Assembly (NCBI GenBank): GCA_964611355.1
Contig: CAZSYD010000010.1
Location: 1-64,000, forward strand
Source of the DNA: an uncultured Ignavibacteriales bacterium
GTDB taxonomy: Bacteria > Zixibacteria > MSB-5A5 > GN15 > JAAZOE01
Reading direction: 5' to 3'
Length of the DNA stretch: 64,000 bases
Made by a program: the position numbers and the translations under genes. The notes under the pieces are model-generated. The model was given only the letters and a program-made list of their open reading frames with translations. It did not search any database and had not been told where the DNA came from. Each line of letters begins with the position of its first letter. Within the stretch, counting starts at the first letter, position 1. This document shows positions 17,569 through 27,458 of the stretch, piece after piece.

Positions 17569-20500
17569 CAGATTGTCCCGCCGACTTCGTTTTGTTCTCA
17601 TTATAGCCATACCTGTTTCTATAACACTCCTTACATGTTCGGCGCATGCCGGCCGGGTCAGGAAAAGTTTTCCTCTATCGGCGAAAAGCCGCGTTATTGA
17701 AACCGGAATCGCTCCGATAGCCGACGGCTCTGATTCCGTGTTGTGTGACGGAGATCTGCTTAGACGCGGCGACGATTATGAAATAAATCTGCTCACCGGC
17801 AGGTTGACTTTTGTCTATCAATCGGTATGCGATTCGATTATCCTGATTGCCTTTCAACTTCCTGCCTGGTTGACGGAACCGGTCGGCAATCCTGTTCCGC
17901 AGGGGAGCAAACGGATTTATTTGGAAACAAATCCGGGCAACCTGCCGCATCGGCCGGTATCGGGCCCGCAAAAAATCAAGCTTTCCGGAAACAAATCGTT
18001 TTCCTTTAATGTCGGTCGTTCCGGCGAAGGACGCTTTTCGCAGGGCCTAAATATAGATTTTGACGCTCTCCTGACCGGCGGCCTGCGCGCGCGCGGATCG
18101 GTTTCAGACCGGATCGGTTCCACCACCGCCGCCATACCCGGTTCCGGCGGCACGACATTGCTGTCGGAACTTGATAAATACTTCTTTGAGATTGAAGGCC
18201 GAAAGGTGACGGTGCGCGGCGGCGATATTAATACATCCGCCGGGTCTTATCTTCCGGCCAAGAAGATCAAAGGCGTTTACGGCTTATTCAAAAGCGAAAG
18301 TTTTAATTTTGCGGCGGACGTCGGCCGCCCGGCGGGGAGGTTTGTCAGCCGGAATATCAGAGGTGTTGACGGCCGCCAGGGTCCTTATCAGGCGCGCGGA
18401 AACGACGGCCTTCCGACGGCGGTTGTGCACGGTTCGGAAAAAGTCTATCTGGACGGTCGATTGCTGGAGGGCGGTTCGGATAAGCATTACCTGTTCGATT
18501 ATCCGTCCGGTCGCATAACCTTTTCGCCGCGGGTTCTGATAACTTCGCGCAGCAGGATTGAAATCGATTTTGAAGCGGCTGAAAATAATTACGAACAGGT
18601 TGTTTACGATGCTATCGGCGGCGTGGGGGGCGTGAGAAAAAAGTTCAGCTTCAGCGCCGGATTCAGGCGGGAATCGGACGATAAAGAACGATTACGGTTT
18701 GGTTCATATACTCCGGCGGAAGTATCCATTCTGCAAAATGCCGGTGATTCGACATCCGGCGCGGCTAAAAGCGGCGTGGTTGAAGATCCTGACGGAGACT
18801 ATGAATCGGCGACCGATTCCTTCGGGATTGAATATTACCGCTATGTCGGAAGCGGTAACGGAGAATACAAAATCTCATTTTCATTCGTTGGAGAGGGGGA
18901 GGGTGATTACAGTTATATAGGTTCAGGTGTTTATCAATATGCGGGCAAAGGCGTCGGCGATTACCTGCCGATAATCTATCTGCGGCTTCCGGTGCGCAAC
19001 GATTATCTCTTTACCGTAATGGAGATATTCCCCTATTCCGGGGGAAAGATGCGGCTGGAATACCAGGGAAACATTCGTGATCAAAACCTGTTTTCTAACT
19101 CGGATGACGGCGACAATTTCAAAAGCCGGGTTGTGGGAGGTTTTTTCCATAGCGACAGCAGCCTTAATGCCGGTCTCGATTTTTACTTTCGTCAGGACGA
19201 TTATAAATCATTTAGTCGGCTAAAAGCCGCCGATTACAATCGGCTTTGGGCGCTGCCGCAGGGAGAAATTTCGGGCGACGAACTCAGGATTGAGACGGAT
19301 AATTCGTTTAAGTACCGCCATAACCGCTTCAAAGCGGGATACGGATACCTTAGATATAAAGACAATCTTCACTCGCGTCGCCTGATGCTTGGGGCGCATC
19401 TTCTGGAAAATAAAAGGCTATCTCCTCGCATAACATACCAGAGCGGCAATTCGGAAAGCTTAAGTAATCCGTCGAAGGACGGCTTATTTGAAAAACTCAA
19501 CGCCGGTGCGGCTCTCAAGCCGATAAGGACCCTGCGGCTTGATTTTGATTTCGACCGGGAACTATCCAAAGACCGTTTCGGGCCAGAACCAAGCGTTGAA
19601 AAGTATCTCCGGTATCGCGGCACGGCTTTTTTGGGCAATACCGTTCTTGCGGTTTCCCGCCGGATTGATTTCCGAAGCGGCGCATACGGCGTCAAGGGGC
19701 CGCAGTCGGACAAAATAGAACTAACCTCCGATGAAAACCTCGGCAGGCTCAGGATTTCGGTCGCCGGCGCCTGGCTGGATCAGAAACGACTTGATTCCGA
19801 CCGGCAAGACCGAAGGGAACGTCTGTTTCAAACATCTTTCAGTTATTCTCCCGCCGGCGGATGGTTGTCAATGCAGGCGGAATACCGCCAGAATCGTCAA
19901 TCGGCCCGGCCATCCGCGTACCGATACATTCAAGTCAACAGCGGCGAGGGTGACTATCGGTTCGAAGACGGCCGGTACCTGTCCGATCCGGATGGCGATT
20001 ATATCCGTATCATGGAGGAAACCGGGCAGGCGACATCGGTTTCGGTCGGAGAAAAAAGCCATAATATCGTCTTTTATCCCGGCCGATTGCCGGTGCCGAA
20101 AAGTTATAAAAATATTCTTTCTCAGATCGCCTTTCGCCTGCGCACGGAGATTACCGAGGAACTGCCCGGCCGGGACAGGCATCACATTTCCTGGCTGCTT
20201 CCCTGGGTCAGCCATTCCGGCCTTGATTATCTGAACCGCCGCCGCAGGGAAGGTTACTCGGTTCTGTCATTCCCGATGTTCAATTTTTACATTTTGAATT
20301 TCTCCTGCAGCCATGTTTTTGAAGAACACGAAAGCGGTTCGCAACTGAGTCGCAACCGGAAAGAGTATGATACGCAAATCAAGAACCGTCTTTCTCCTGC
20401 GGTTCGGACTGATCTGAAGTGGCATCATGTAAGAAGCAAAGAACGAGGAGTCGGGCTTGTATCGTTACATCTGATAAGTAATGAATATATTGCCGGCCTT

Positions 20501-20863
20501 ATTATAAATCAGGGCCGCTTTCAACTGATGCCTCAAATCGCTCACGTTCGATTCAGCGATGATCTGTCCGGCGGCCAGGGGCGCGGCGTTTGGATAAGCG
20601 CCGAAACCATCTATCGTCGGCCGGACCGGGGTGAGATGCGGTTCCATACCGAACTGCGGTCGCTGACCGAGAAACAAAAATTCAGTCAGCCGGAATATCA
20701 GGTTACCGGCGGCAAACGGTTCGGGAAATCGGCCCTTTTCGGTCTTATCGGGAGTTATGATATCGGCAAATCAATGCGGTTAACGGTCAATCTTACCGAC
20801 CGGATTTTTGAAGACCGTCCGGCCGAATTTGTTGGAAGAGGGGAACTCGTTGCCCGATTTTAG
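17552..20863 (+). CDS. Large hypothetical outer-membrane beta-barrel protein
   Basis: Signal peptide, many amphipathic strands, terminal LVARF; GSEKVYLDG..DYPSGRITF motif resembling SprA. Confidence 0.65.
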   Translation: MRKTGNRLSRRLRFVLIIAIPVSITLLTCSAHAGRVRKSFPLSAKSRVIETGIAPIADGSDSVLCDGDLLRRGDDYEINLLTGRLTFVYQSVCDSIILIAFQLPAWLTEPVGNPVPQGSKRIYLETNPGNLPHRPVSGPQKIKLSGNKSFSFNVGRSGEGRFSQGLNIDFDALLTGGLRARGSVSDRIGSTTAAIPGSGGTTLLSELDKYFFEIEGRKVTVRGGDINTSAGSYLPAKKIKGVYGLFKSESFNFAADVGRPAGRFVSRNIRGVDGRQGPYQARGNDGLPTAVVHGSEKVYLDGRLLEGGSDKHYLFDYPSGRITFSPRVLITSRSRIEIDFEAAENNYEQVVYDAIGGVGGVRKKFSFSAGFRRESDDKERLRFGSYTPAEVSILQNAGDSTSGAAKSGVVEDPDGDYESATDSFGIEYYRYVGSGNGEYKISFSFVGEGEGDYSYIGSGVYQYAGKGVGDYLPIIYLRLPVRNDYLFTVMEIFPYSGGKMRLEYQGNIRDQNLFSNSDDGDNFKSRVVGGFFHSDSSLNAGLDFYFRQDDYKSFSRLKAADYNRLWALPQGEISGDELRIETDNSFKYRHNRFKAGYGYLRYKDNLHSRRLMLGAHLLENKRLSPRITYQSGNSESLSNPSKDGLFEKLNAGAALKPIRTLRLDFDFDRELSKDRFGPEPSVEKYLRYRGTAFLGNTVLAVSRRIDFRSGAYGVKGPQSDKIELTSDENLGRLRISVAGAWLDQKRLDSDRQDRRERLFQTSFSYSPAGGWLSMQAEYRQNRQSARPSAYRYIQVNSGEGDYRFEDGRYLSDPDGDYIRIMEETGQATSVSVGEKSHNIVFYPGRLPVPKSYKNILSQIAFRLRTEITEELPGRDRHHISWLLPWVSHSGLDYLNRRRREGYSVLSFPMFNFYILNFSCSHVFEEHESGSQLSRNRKEYDTQIKNRLSPAVRTDLKWHHVRSKERGVGLVSLHLISNEYIAGLIINQGRFQLMPQIAHVRFSDDLSGGQGRGVWISAETIYRRPDRGEMRFHTELRSLTEKQKFSQPEYQVTGGKRFGKSALFGLIGSYDIGKSMRLTVNLTDRIFEDRPAEFVGRGELVARF

Positions 20864-22541
20864 GCGGATAATAACGGTATTAATGATACTGACTATTGCG
20901 ATTGTTGGGCGGCCTGCTGCGTCGTTTTGCACTGAAGTTCGAATCGTAAATGCGCCGGACGAATCGGACAATCCCCTTTCCGGTGAACTACGTAAGATGA
21001 TTGAGAAATCATTATTAAAAGCTTCGACTGATGAGTTAGCCGGTCTGATTTCGGATGCCGGATACCTTAACAGTAGCGTGACTGTTTCCGGAGATACGGC
21101 CGTGATTGAAACCGGGCCGCTGTTTAAGATTGGTGATATATCTTTGTCAATTGTTTTCCATGATGGTCGGGTCGTTACGCAGGAAGTTTCCGGCTATGGA
21201 GGTCTTGCCGCGAGCAGGGAGCATATTGAAAAAATAAAGCATGAAATTATTTCTCGCTACAACGAACGAGGGTATTACTTCGCATCTTTGAATACCGGCC
21301 GTGTGGTGATGCGTGATGACGTAATTGATATGGAATTGAAGCTGATCGCCGGCCCGCCGGTCTCCATTGACGGAGTAAGATTTAAGGGTCTGAATAAGAC
21401 CAATCCTGATTTCGTCAGGAAACTTACCGGTTTGAGAGAAGGCGATTTATTTGTTGAAAAGCAGCTCGAATCGGCGGTTCGCAACATCGAAACCGGCGGA
21501 TATTTGAAAAACGATTCCACGCCGCAACTGCTCCCTAATGAAAACTACGACGGCGTCGAAATCCTGTTTCGTCTCGCGGAGATGAAAAGCAACAGCCTGG
21601 AGTTGGGTGGCGGCTATTTACCTCGTCAGGGAAAGATTGATGGTGAATTCGTCGGGCGGATGGATTTTCGCTCGGTGAACCTTTTCGGTTCCGGAAGACG
21701 GATAGAACTTTTTCTCGATCGCAAAGATCGAGCTTCATCAAGAGTAAGAATGCTTTTCGGTCAGCCGTTTTTTGTCCCGGATCACATGGAGCTGACGTTT
21801 CAAATGGAGCAGACAGATTACGATTCCTCGTATCATTCGTTTATGGTTGATGGAGACTTAAGCTTATATACGGCCGGTGGGACGCGGTTGTCCGGGGGAT
21901 TGTCATGGAGTCGCGTCGAGCCGCAGAGATCAAGCCAGCCGCCTTCCCGGTCTCTGGCCGGCGTAGTCCGCTGCGAAATACAAAGACTCGATTACGCGCC
22001 CAATCCTTCAGCCGGTCGAAAAGTACAACTTGGATTTTCGTATATCAGACGATCCAGCCGACCGGACACGACGGCCACCGCTCTGGTCAGCAATGAAACC
22101 CTGTTTGAAGTCGCCGCGGATAATTATTTCCCGCTTTTTGGTTGTTTTGTCTTCCGCATAAATCTTGAATCGCGGGTCAGGATAACCACGCGGGAGCTTA
22201 TCGATTTTTCCGAGCAGTTCAAGCTGGGCGGATTTGGTTCGCTTCGGGGATACCGGCAGGATCAGTTTGCCGGACGTCGGACTTTTTTGGGACAGGGTGA
22301 ACTGCGCTTAAGGCCCTCGCCTCGATTCGCGGTTTATCTGTTTGCCGATTTGGGAGTTGTCTATTCAAAAAAAGAGGTTTTGCCCGGCGCAGTGGAATCC
22401 AATAATCTTACCCGTCCCGGCTTCGGATTGGGATTGTTCGCGGGCGGCGATGATGCGAGAATGACGCTTGAACTCGGCTGGGGACGTGATGATCGTCTTG
22501 ATGACGGCAAAGTCCATCTTGGGCTGGCAACCTTGTTTTAA
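20850..22541 (+). CDS. Omp85 (BamA/TamA-family) protein with POTRA domains
   Basis: POTRA motifs YNERGYY and FKGLNKT; NLFGSGR; LGGFGSLRGY lid-lock motif; terminal Phe; start placed at TTG 20850 after GAGGGG (uncertain). Confidence 0.85.
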   Translation: MPDFRRIITVLMILTIAIVGRPAASFCTEVRIVNAPDESDNPLSGELRKMIEKSLLKASTDELAGLISDAGYLNSSVTVSGDTAVIETGPLFKIGDISLSIVFHDGRVVTQEVSGYGGLAASREHIEKIKHEIISRYNERGYYFASLNTGRVVMRDDVIDMELKLIAGPPVSIDGVRFKGLNKTNPDFVRKLTGLREGDLFVEKQLESAVRNIETGGYLKNDSTPQLLPNENYDGVEILFRLAEMKSNSLELGGGYLPRQGKIDGEFVGRMDFRSVNLFGSGRRIELFLDRKDRASSRVRMLFGQPFFVPDHMELTFQMEQTDYDSSYHSFMVDGDLSLYTAGGTRLSGGLSWSRVEPQRSSQPPSRSLAGVVRCEIQRLDYAPNPSAGRKVQLGFSYIRRSSRPDTTATALVSNETLFEVAADNYFPLFGCFVFRINLESRVRITTRELIDFSEQFKLGGFGSLRGYRQDQFAGRRTFLGQGELRLRPSPRFAVYLFADLGVVYSKKEVLPGAVESNNLTRPGFGLGLFAGGDDARMTLELGWGRDDRLDDGKVHLGLATLF

Positions 22542-22579
22542 CCTTGACCTGATTGTTCGTGGCGGGCTATTTGTAAAAC

Positions 22580-23434
22580 GTGGAAACCATCCGGGCATAT
22601 TTTTCACTTATAAGAGTTCATAACGGCCTGATGGCGTCGCTGGGTGTGGCGGTAGGCCAGTATCTTTCTTCATCGTCGGGCAATTTCCCTCTGAATCCTT
22701 ATGGTATGGCGGCGGCATTTTTTGTCTGCGGATTCGGCAATATATTGAACGATATCCTTGATATTGAAACGGATCGTATCAATCACCCTCAACGTGCCCT
22801 TCCATCGGGCCGAATTACACTCGGCCAGGCCAAAGCTCTCGCCTTGCTGTTTCTTCTGGTATCTATCGCTCTGCTTATCCCGTTGAACGGTCCCGGCCGG
22901 ATTATAGTCATATTGGCCGTTTTGCTTCTTGTCTGGTACAATTTCAGGCTCAAGCATACCGCCTATACAGGGAATATCGCCGTTTCTCTGTTGGGCGGCC
23001 TGACATTTATGCTGGGTGGAACGGTGGTCGGTATCGATAATGCGCCGGCTCTGCCCGGGCCGGTAATCCCTGCCGTTTTTGCGTTCCTGATGCACTTCGG
23101 ACGCGAAATAATAAAAGATATTTCGGATCTCACCGGCGACGCCGTTACCGGTAGTCAAACTGCTCCCGTGTTAAAGGGTACAACGGTTCCTTTGATTATT
23201 GCCTATCTGCTTTTTCTTCTGTTAATAATTCTTTCTGTTTCAGTTTACCTGCTTGGTTGGTTCAACACCGTCTATTTTATAATCACGCTTTTATTGGTTG
23301 TAATTCCTCTGATCGGGCAACTGATCTGGCTGGGGATAAAACCTGACCGGAGAAAATGCCGCCTTGCCGCCGCGCTTATCAAACTACAGATGCTTCCCGG
23401 CATTATTGCTCTGATTTTGGGGAAAAATTATTGA
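22580..23434 (+). CDS. UbiA-family prenyltransferase, digeranylgeranylglyceryl-phosphate-synthase-like
   Basis: GNILNDILDIETDRINHPQRALPSG, YNFRLK, GNIAVS, REIIKDISDLTGD; multiple TM helices. Confidence 0.8.
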   Translation: METIRAYFSLIRVHNGLMASLGVAVGQYLSSSSGNFPLNPYGMAAAFFVCGFGNILNDILDIETDRINHPQRALPSGRITLGQAKALALLFLLVSIALLIPLNGPGRIIVILAVLLLVWYNFRLKHTAYTGNIAVSLLGGLTFMLGGTVVGIDNAPALPGPVIPAVFAFLMHFGREIIKDISDLTGDAVTGSQTAPVLKGTTVPLIIAYLLFLLLIILSVSVYLLGWFNTVYFIITLLLVVIPLIGQLIWLGIKPDRRKCRLAAALIKLQMLPGIIALILGKNY

Positions 23435-23640
23435 CCGCTTGCATACCTGCGTGATTGATTTAGAAAATAGCGGCTTATGTATTTTTATGCCCGGGTTTGA
23501 ATAACGTCTATGCCTGCTTTGAGTAAAAAACGCCAAAAAAATTGAAAACCTTTACATCCCATTTTTGTATAAACCATCTTTAACGACAGGATTAAAGAAC
23601 TTGACGAGGTAATTTGCCGGTTGTTAATTTAGCAATTAAT

Positions 23641-24534
23641 ATGAACGCTGATAAATGCCTTTTAATTACAGCAATTATCCTATTCACTGTCCTGTTGCCT
23701 TTTACGGGCGCGGCGGCCGGAAATATCAGTATTTCCGCCGAAGTTACCGGCGCTTCGATTCCTTTTGAAGGCAGGGATACAATTATCGTCAGACTTGCGT
23801 GGGAAGGGGAACCCTTTCTTTATCAAGTTGATGATTTTCCAATGCCGGAACTGGAAAAATTCAAAATCCTCGGCTCGTCGTCATCAGTCGCCAGCAGCGC
23901 CGATTCCGTCGTACCCTCAGGACAGGCGACGATGCGCACCTACAAGTACGTTCTCGAACCGACCGATTTCGGAACCGGGGTTATCAAACCTCTTAACCTG
24001 ACGGCAACCAACAGGGTGACCGAAGAAAAACATAATCTACAAACCGGCCGTTTGACGGTCGAGATCGCAAGGCCGACGCCAAAACCTGATAAAGAATCAC
24101 TTATTTCCGGAATAATAATTTTTATTGCCGCGGCGGTGATTATAATCGTTGGAGCGGCGGCTATTATAATCATCAGGAAGAGGAAACCTGGGGCAGGTAA
24201 GGAACCGGATGTCGGGCGGCGTTATCTTGAGGCTCTTGAGGAAATCAAAAAAGAAACTATAGCCGACGGGAAGCTTTTTTATTCCCGGCTTTATCGCTTG
24301 CTTGTGCAATACCTTGAAAAAGAATGCGGCGCGAAGTTGTCCGGTTGCACAGGCGAGGAAGTTTTACGGGAAGTGGAGTTGCTTGATAACGAATCGGAAA
24401 GAGCGAAATTGAGCGGCTGGCTTGATAAAGCCCTAAAGGTGAAATTCAAGCCGGAAGAGCTTTCTTCCGGTGAAATTGAAGATACCTATAACGCCGTACA
24501 CAAATTCTTTGAAAGCAGAATCTCAAACAAATAA
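23641..24534 (+). CDS. BatD-like exported Ig-fold protein with single TM and C-terminal helical domain
   Basis: Signal peptide, FKILGSSSS, YKYVLEP, TM followed by KRK, LRYL-like/TGEE/VKF tail. Confidence 0.6.
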   Translation: MNADKCLLITAIILFTVLLPFTGAAAGNISISAEVTGASIPFEGRDTIIVRLAWEGEPFLYQVDDFPMPELEKFKILGSSSSVASSADSVVPSGQATMRTYKYVLEPTDFGTGVIKPLNLTATNRVTEEKHNLQTGRLTVEIARPTPKPDKESLISGIIIFIAAAVIIIVGAAAIIIIRKRKPGAGKEPDVGRRYLEALEEIKKETIADGKLFYSRLYRLLVQYLEKECGAKLSGCTGEEVLREVELLDNESERAKLSGWLDKALKVKFKPEELSSGEIEDTYNAVHKFFESRISNK

Positions 24535-24545
24535 ACGGAGGATTG

Positions 24546-25535
24546 ATGGATCTCGACATCAAACAGATTCAGGATGAGGTCGAAAATAAATCGGAGTTCA
24601 TTGAACGCCTGACCTCGGAAATCAGCTCGGTCATCGTCGGACAGAAATATATGATTGACCGCCTTCTGGTAGGTCTTCTGGCGGACGGGCATATATTGCT
24701 GGAGGGAGTACCCGGATTGGCCAAGACCCTGGCTGTAAAATCGCTGGCGGCCGGAATCAAAGCCAATTTCCAGCGGATACAGTTTACTCCCGACCTTCTG
24801 CCGGCTGACCTGATCGGCACCATGATCTACAACCCGCAAAAGGCGGAATTTTTTGTCAAAAAAGGGCCGATTTTTACCAACATTATCCTTGCCGATGAGA
24901 TAAACCGCGCGCCCGCCAAGGTGCAATCGGCCCTGCTGGAAGCGATGCAGGAACGACAGGTAACAATCGGCGAAAAAACCCATAAACTCGACGAGCCGTT
25001 CCTTGTCCTTGCCACTCAGAATCCGATTGAGCAGGAAGGAACCTATCCGCTGCCGGAAGCTCAGGTTGATCGTTTCATGCTTAAGCTGAAAATCGACTAT
25101 CCTTCTCAGGAAGAGGAACGGCTGATTATGGATCGGATGACGGTCGGCGGAGACATCATCGTCAATGCCGTCGTTACGGCCGGTGATATTCTTGAAGCGC
25201 GCCGGGTGGTAACCGGCATTTATGTCGATGAGAAGGTGAAAGATTATATTCTTAACGTTGTTTTCGCCACTCGCGAACCGGCGCGGTACGGTCTGTCTGA
25301 ACTGGCTGATTTTATCGCCTATGGCGCGTCGCCCCGGGCGTCGATTTATCTTAACCTGGCCGCAAAGGCGCATGCGTTTCTCAAAGGCCGCGGCTATATC
25401 ACGCCTGAGGATATCAAGGCGATTGGCCACGACGTCCTGCGCCATCGCATTATTATTACCTATGAGGCCGAGGCTGAGGAAACCACCGCCGACGACATCG
25501 TCCAGAAGATTTTCGATACCATCGAGGTGCCGTAA
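24546..25535 (+). CDS. moxR: MoxR-family AAA+ ATPase
   Basis: GHILLEGVPGLAKT, RIQFTPDLLPAD, DEINRAPAKVQSALLEAMQE, ATQNPIEQEGTYPLPEAQVDRF. Confidence 0.96.
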   Translation: MDLDIKQIQDEVENKSEFIERLTSEISSVIVGQKYMIDRLLVGLLADGHILLEGVPGLAKTLAVKSLAAGIKANFQRIQFTPDLLPADLIGTMIYNPQKAEFFVKKGPIFTNIILADEINRAPAKVQSALLEAMQERQVTIGEKTHKLDEPFLVLATQNPIEQEGTYPLPEAQVDRFMLKLKIDYPSQEEERLIMDRMTVGGDIIVNAVVTAGDILEARRVVTGIYVDEKVKDYILNVVFATREPARYGLSELADFIAYGASPRASIYLNLAAKAHAFLKGRGYITPEDIKAIGHDVLRHRIIITYEAEAEETTADDIVQKIFDTIEVP

Positions 25536-25541
25536 ACAGCC

Positions 25542-26417
25542 GTGGTCGGGAAGGAGATATTCAAAAAAGTCCGCCGGATAGAGATACGCACCCGTCGGCT
25601 GGTCAATGACCTCTTTTCGGGCGACTATCATTCCACCTTTAAGGGTCAGGGAATGGAGTTCGAGGAAGTGCGGGAATATTCCCCGGGAGACGACATCCGC
25701 CTGATCGACTGGAACGTTACCGCCCGAACCGGTTTTCCGCATATTAAGAAATACAAGGAAGAGCGGGAACTGACGGTAATTCTGATGGTGGATGCTTCCT
25801 CGTCCGGCCGATTCGGTACGTACGAAAAATACAAAGAGGAACTGGCCGCAGAGCTGTGCGCATTACTCGCTTTTTCGGCAATCAAGAACAACGACAAAGT
25901 CGGCCTGATTATTTTTACCGATGCTATAGAGAAGTATATCCGCCCTCAGAAAGGGAAGGCGCACGTCCTGCGGTTGATTCGAGAGATTCTGTATTTCACG
26001 CCGGAGCGCACAAAAACCGATATCGGTGGAGCGCTGGAATTTTTCAGCAAGGTGACCAAAAGGCGTTCGGTCGCTTTTCTGATTTCAGATTTCATGTCCG
26101 AAGATTATTTTACGCCCCTGCGTATCGCCAATAAGAAGCACGATATGATTGCGGTCAGGATTTCCGATCCTCGCGAATTTGAATTCGGGAATTATGGCCT
26201 GATGGAACTGGAGGATGCCGAGACCGGCGAGATAACGGTTATCGATACCGCCTCGCGCAAATTCCGCAGCGAGTTTGCCGCTCACAGCAGGGATTCCAAC
26301 GACCAACTGAAACGTGCTCTTCGCCTGATCGATCTCGACTTCATCCAGATACGGACCGACCGGTCATATATCGTACCGCTGATTCAGTTTTTCAAAATGA
26401 GGGAGAAACGGCGCTGA
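25542..26417 (+). CDS. DUF58 (VWA-like) protein
   Basis: GQGMEFEEVREYSPGDDIRLIDWNVTAR, DASSS, ISDF; follows moxR. Confidence 0.93.
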   Translation: MVGKEIFKKVRRIEIRTRRLVNDLFSGDYHSTFKGQGMEFEEVREYSPGDDIRLIDWNVTARTGFPHIKKYKEERELTVILMVDASSSGRFGTYEKYKEELAAELCALLAFSAIKNNDKVGLIIFTDAIEKYIRPQKGKAHVLRLIREILYFTPERTKTDIGGALEFFSKVTKRRSVAFLISDFMSEDYFTPLRIANKKHDMIAVRISDPREFEFGNYGLMELEDAETGEITVIDTASRKFRSEFAAHSRDSNDQLKRALRLIDLDFIQIRTDRSYIVPLIQFFKMREKRR

Positions 26418-27349
26418 TGACGGGTCAGAGTAGAATATACACAAGCTTATTAGTCCTGACGGTTGCGTTGTCGGCTGTTTCACTGGCGCTGGTGATCCTT
26501 ATCTATGCTTCACTGCCGAAAAACCCGGAAGATGAAATCGTAACCAACGCCAAAAAACTGGCCGGGGAACTGGCTGATAATAACCTGCCCGAAGCCGCCA
26601 TCGAAGAATACGGCAAAATACTTGAAAATATTCGTTTAAGTAACTCCGAACGCGGAGCCGTCAACTACCTGATAGGTAAGATCTATTTCGAAGATATCGG
26701 GGATTATGAAAAGGCGGCTGCCTTTTATATTCGGGCGCGATCGCTGGATGAGAATGCTTCTTATTACAACGAAGCGGGAAAAAACCTGATAACCTGTCTG
26801 GAACGGATGGGGCGACGGCTCGACGCCCGGCGCGAACTGGATCGGCAGACGAGTTTTGAACCGGATACCGGCAAGGTCACGGGGGAAATCGTGGCTAAAG
26901 TCGGAAGTTATGATATTACTCTGAGTGATTTCAACAAGGCTATTCAGTCGTTGCCGCCGGAAATGCAAGATGAATTTTCTGATACTGAAGGCAGGAAACA
27001 ATTTCTCAACCGGATGATCGGCCGGGAACTTCTTTATCATGCCGCCCTGCGCGAAGGTTTTGATAAGACAAGCCGGGTGCGCAGAGATATGAAAAACCTC
27101 GAAAAAGAATACATGGTGCAGTATTACACTCAGGAGAAGATTATCCCCACTATCGAACCCGACACGGCCGAGTTGAATCTGTATTATGAGGCTCATAAAG
27201 ATAAATTCGACGAAAAGAAATTTGAAGAAGTCCGCGAACAGGTTACGAAGGAATATATGGCCTATATTAGCCGGAAAGCGGTCAACGAGTATATCGAGAA
27301 ACTGATGGAAGCCGAACCGGTGCAGACCTTCGAGGAGAATCTTAAATAA
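26417..27349 (+). CDS. Membrane-anchored TPR protein with SurA/PrsA N-terminal-like chaperone domain
   Basis: N-terminal TM; TPR-like helices; IVAKVGSYDIT, LNRMIGRELLYHAALREG, ELNLYYEAHKDKF, FEEVREQV. Confidence 0.65.
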   Translation: MTGQSRIYTSLLVLTVALSAVSLALVILIYASLPKNPEDEIVTNAKKLAGELADNNLPEAAIEEYGKILENIRLSNSERGAVNYLIGKIYFEDIGDYEKAAAFYIRARSLDENASYYNEAGKNLITCLERMGRRLDARRELDRQTSFEPDTGKVTGEIVAKVGSYDITLSDFNKAIQSLPPEMQDEFSDTEGRKQFLNRMIGRELLYHAALREGFDKTSRVRRDMKNLEKEYMVQYYTQEKIIPTIEPDTAELNLYYEAHKDKFDEKKFEEVREQVTKEYMAYISRKAVNEYIEKLMEAEPVQTFEENLK

Positions 27350-27458
27350 AAGCGGTCATGAACGACAGGAGATGCAGCATATTCGAGTTTGCTCCGGTTG
27401 TCGACCTTAACCGGATTGGGCAGGTTATCGAGCGTTTCGAATCTTACCGGAGGAAGCC

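Noticed and set aside
24486..25742. Long antisense ORFs (also 31896-32960, 54463-55284, 2742-3560, 7327-8133)
   Set aside because: Shadows of well-supported + strand genes, with no motifs of their own
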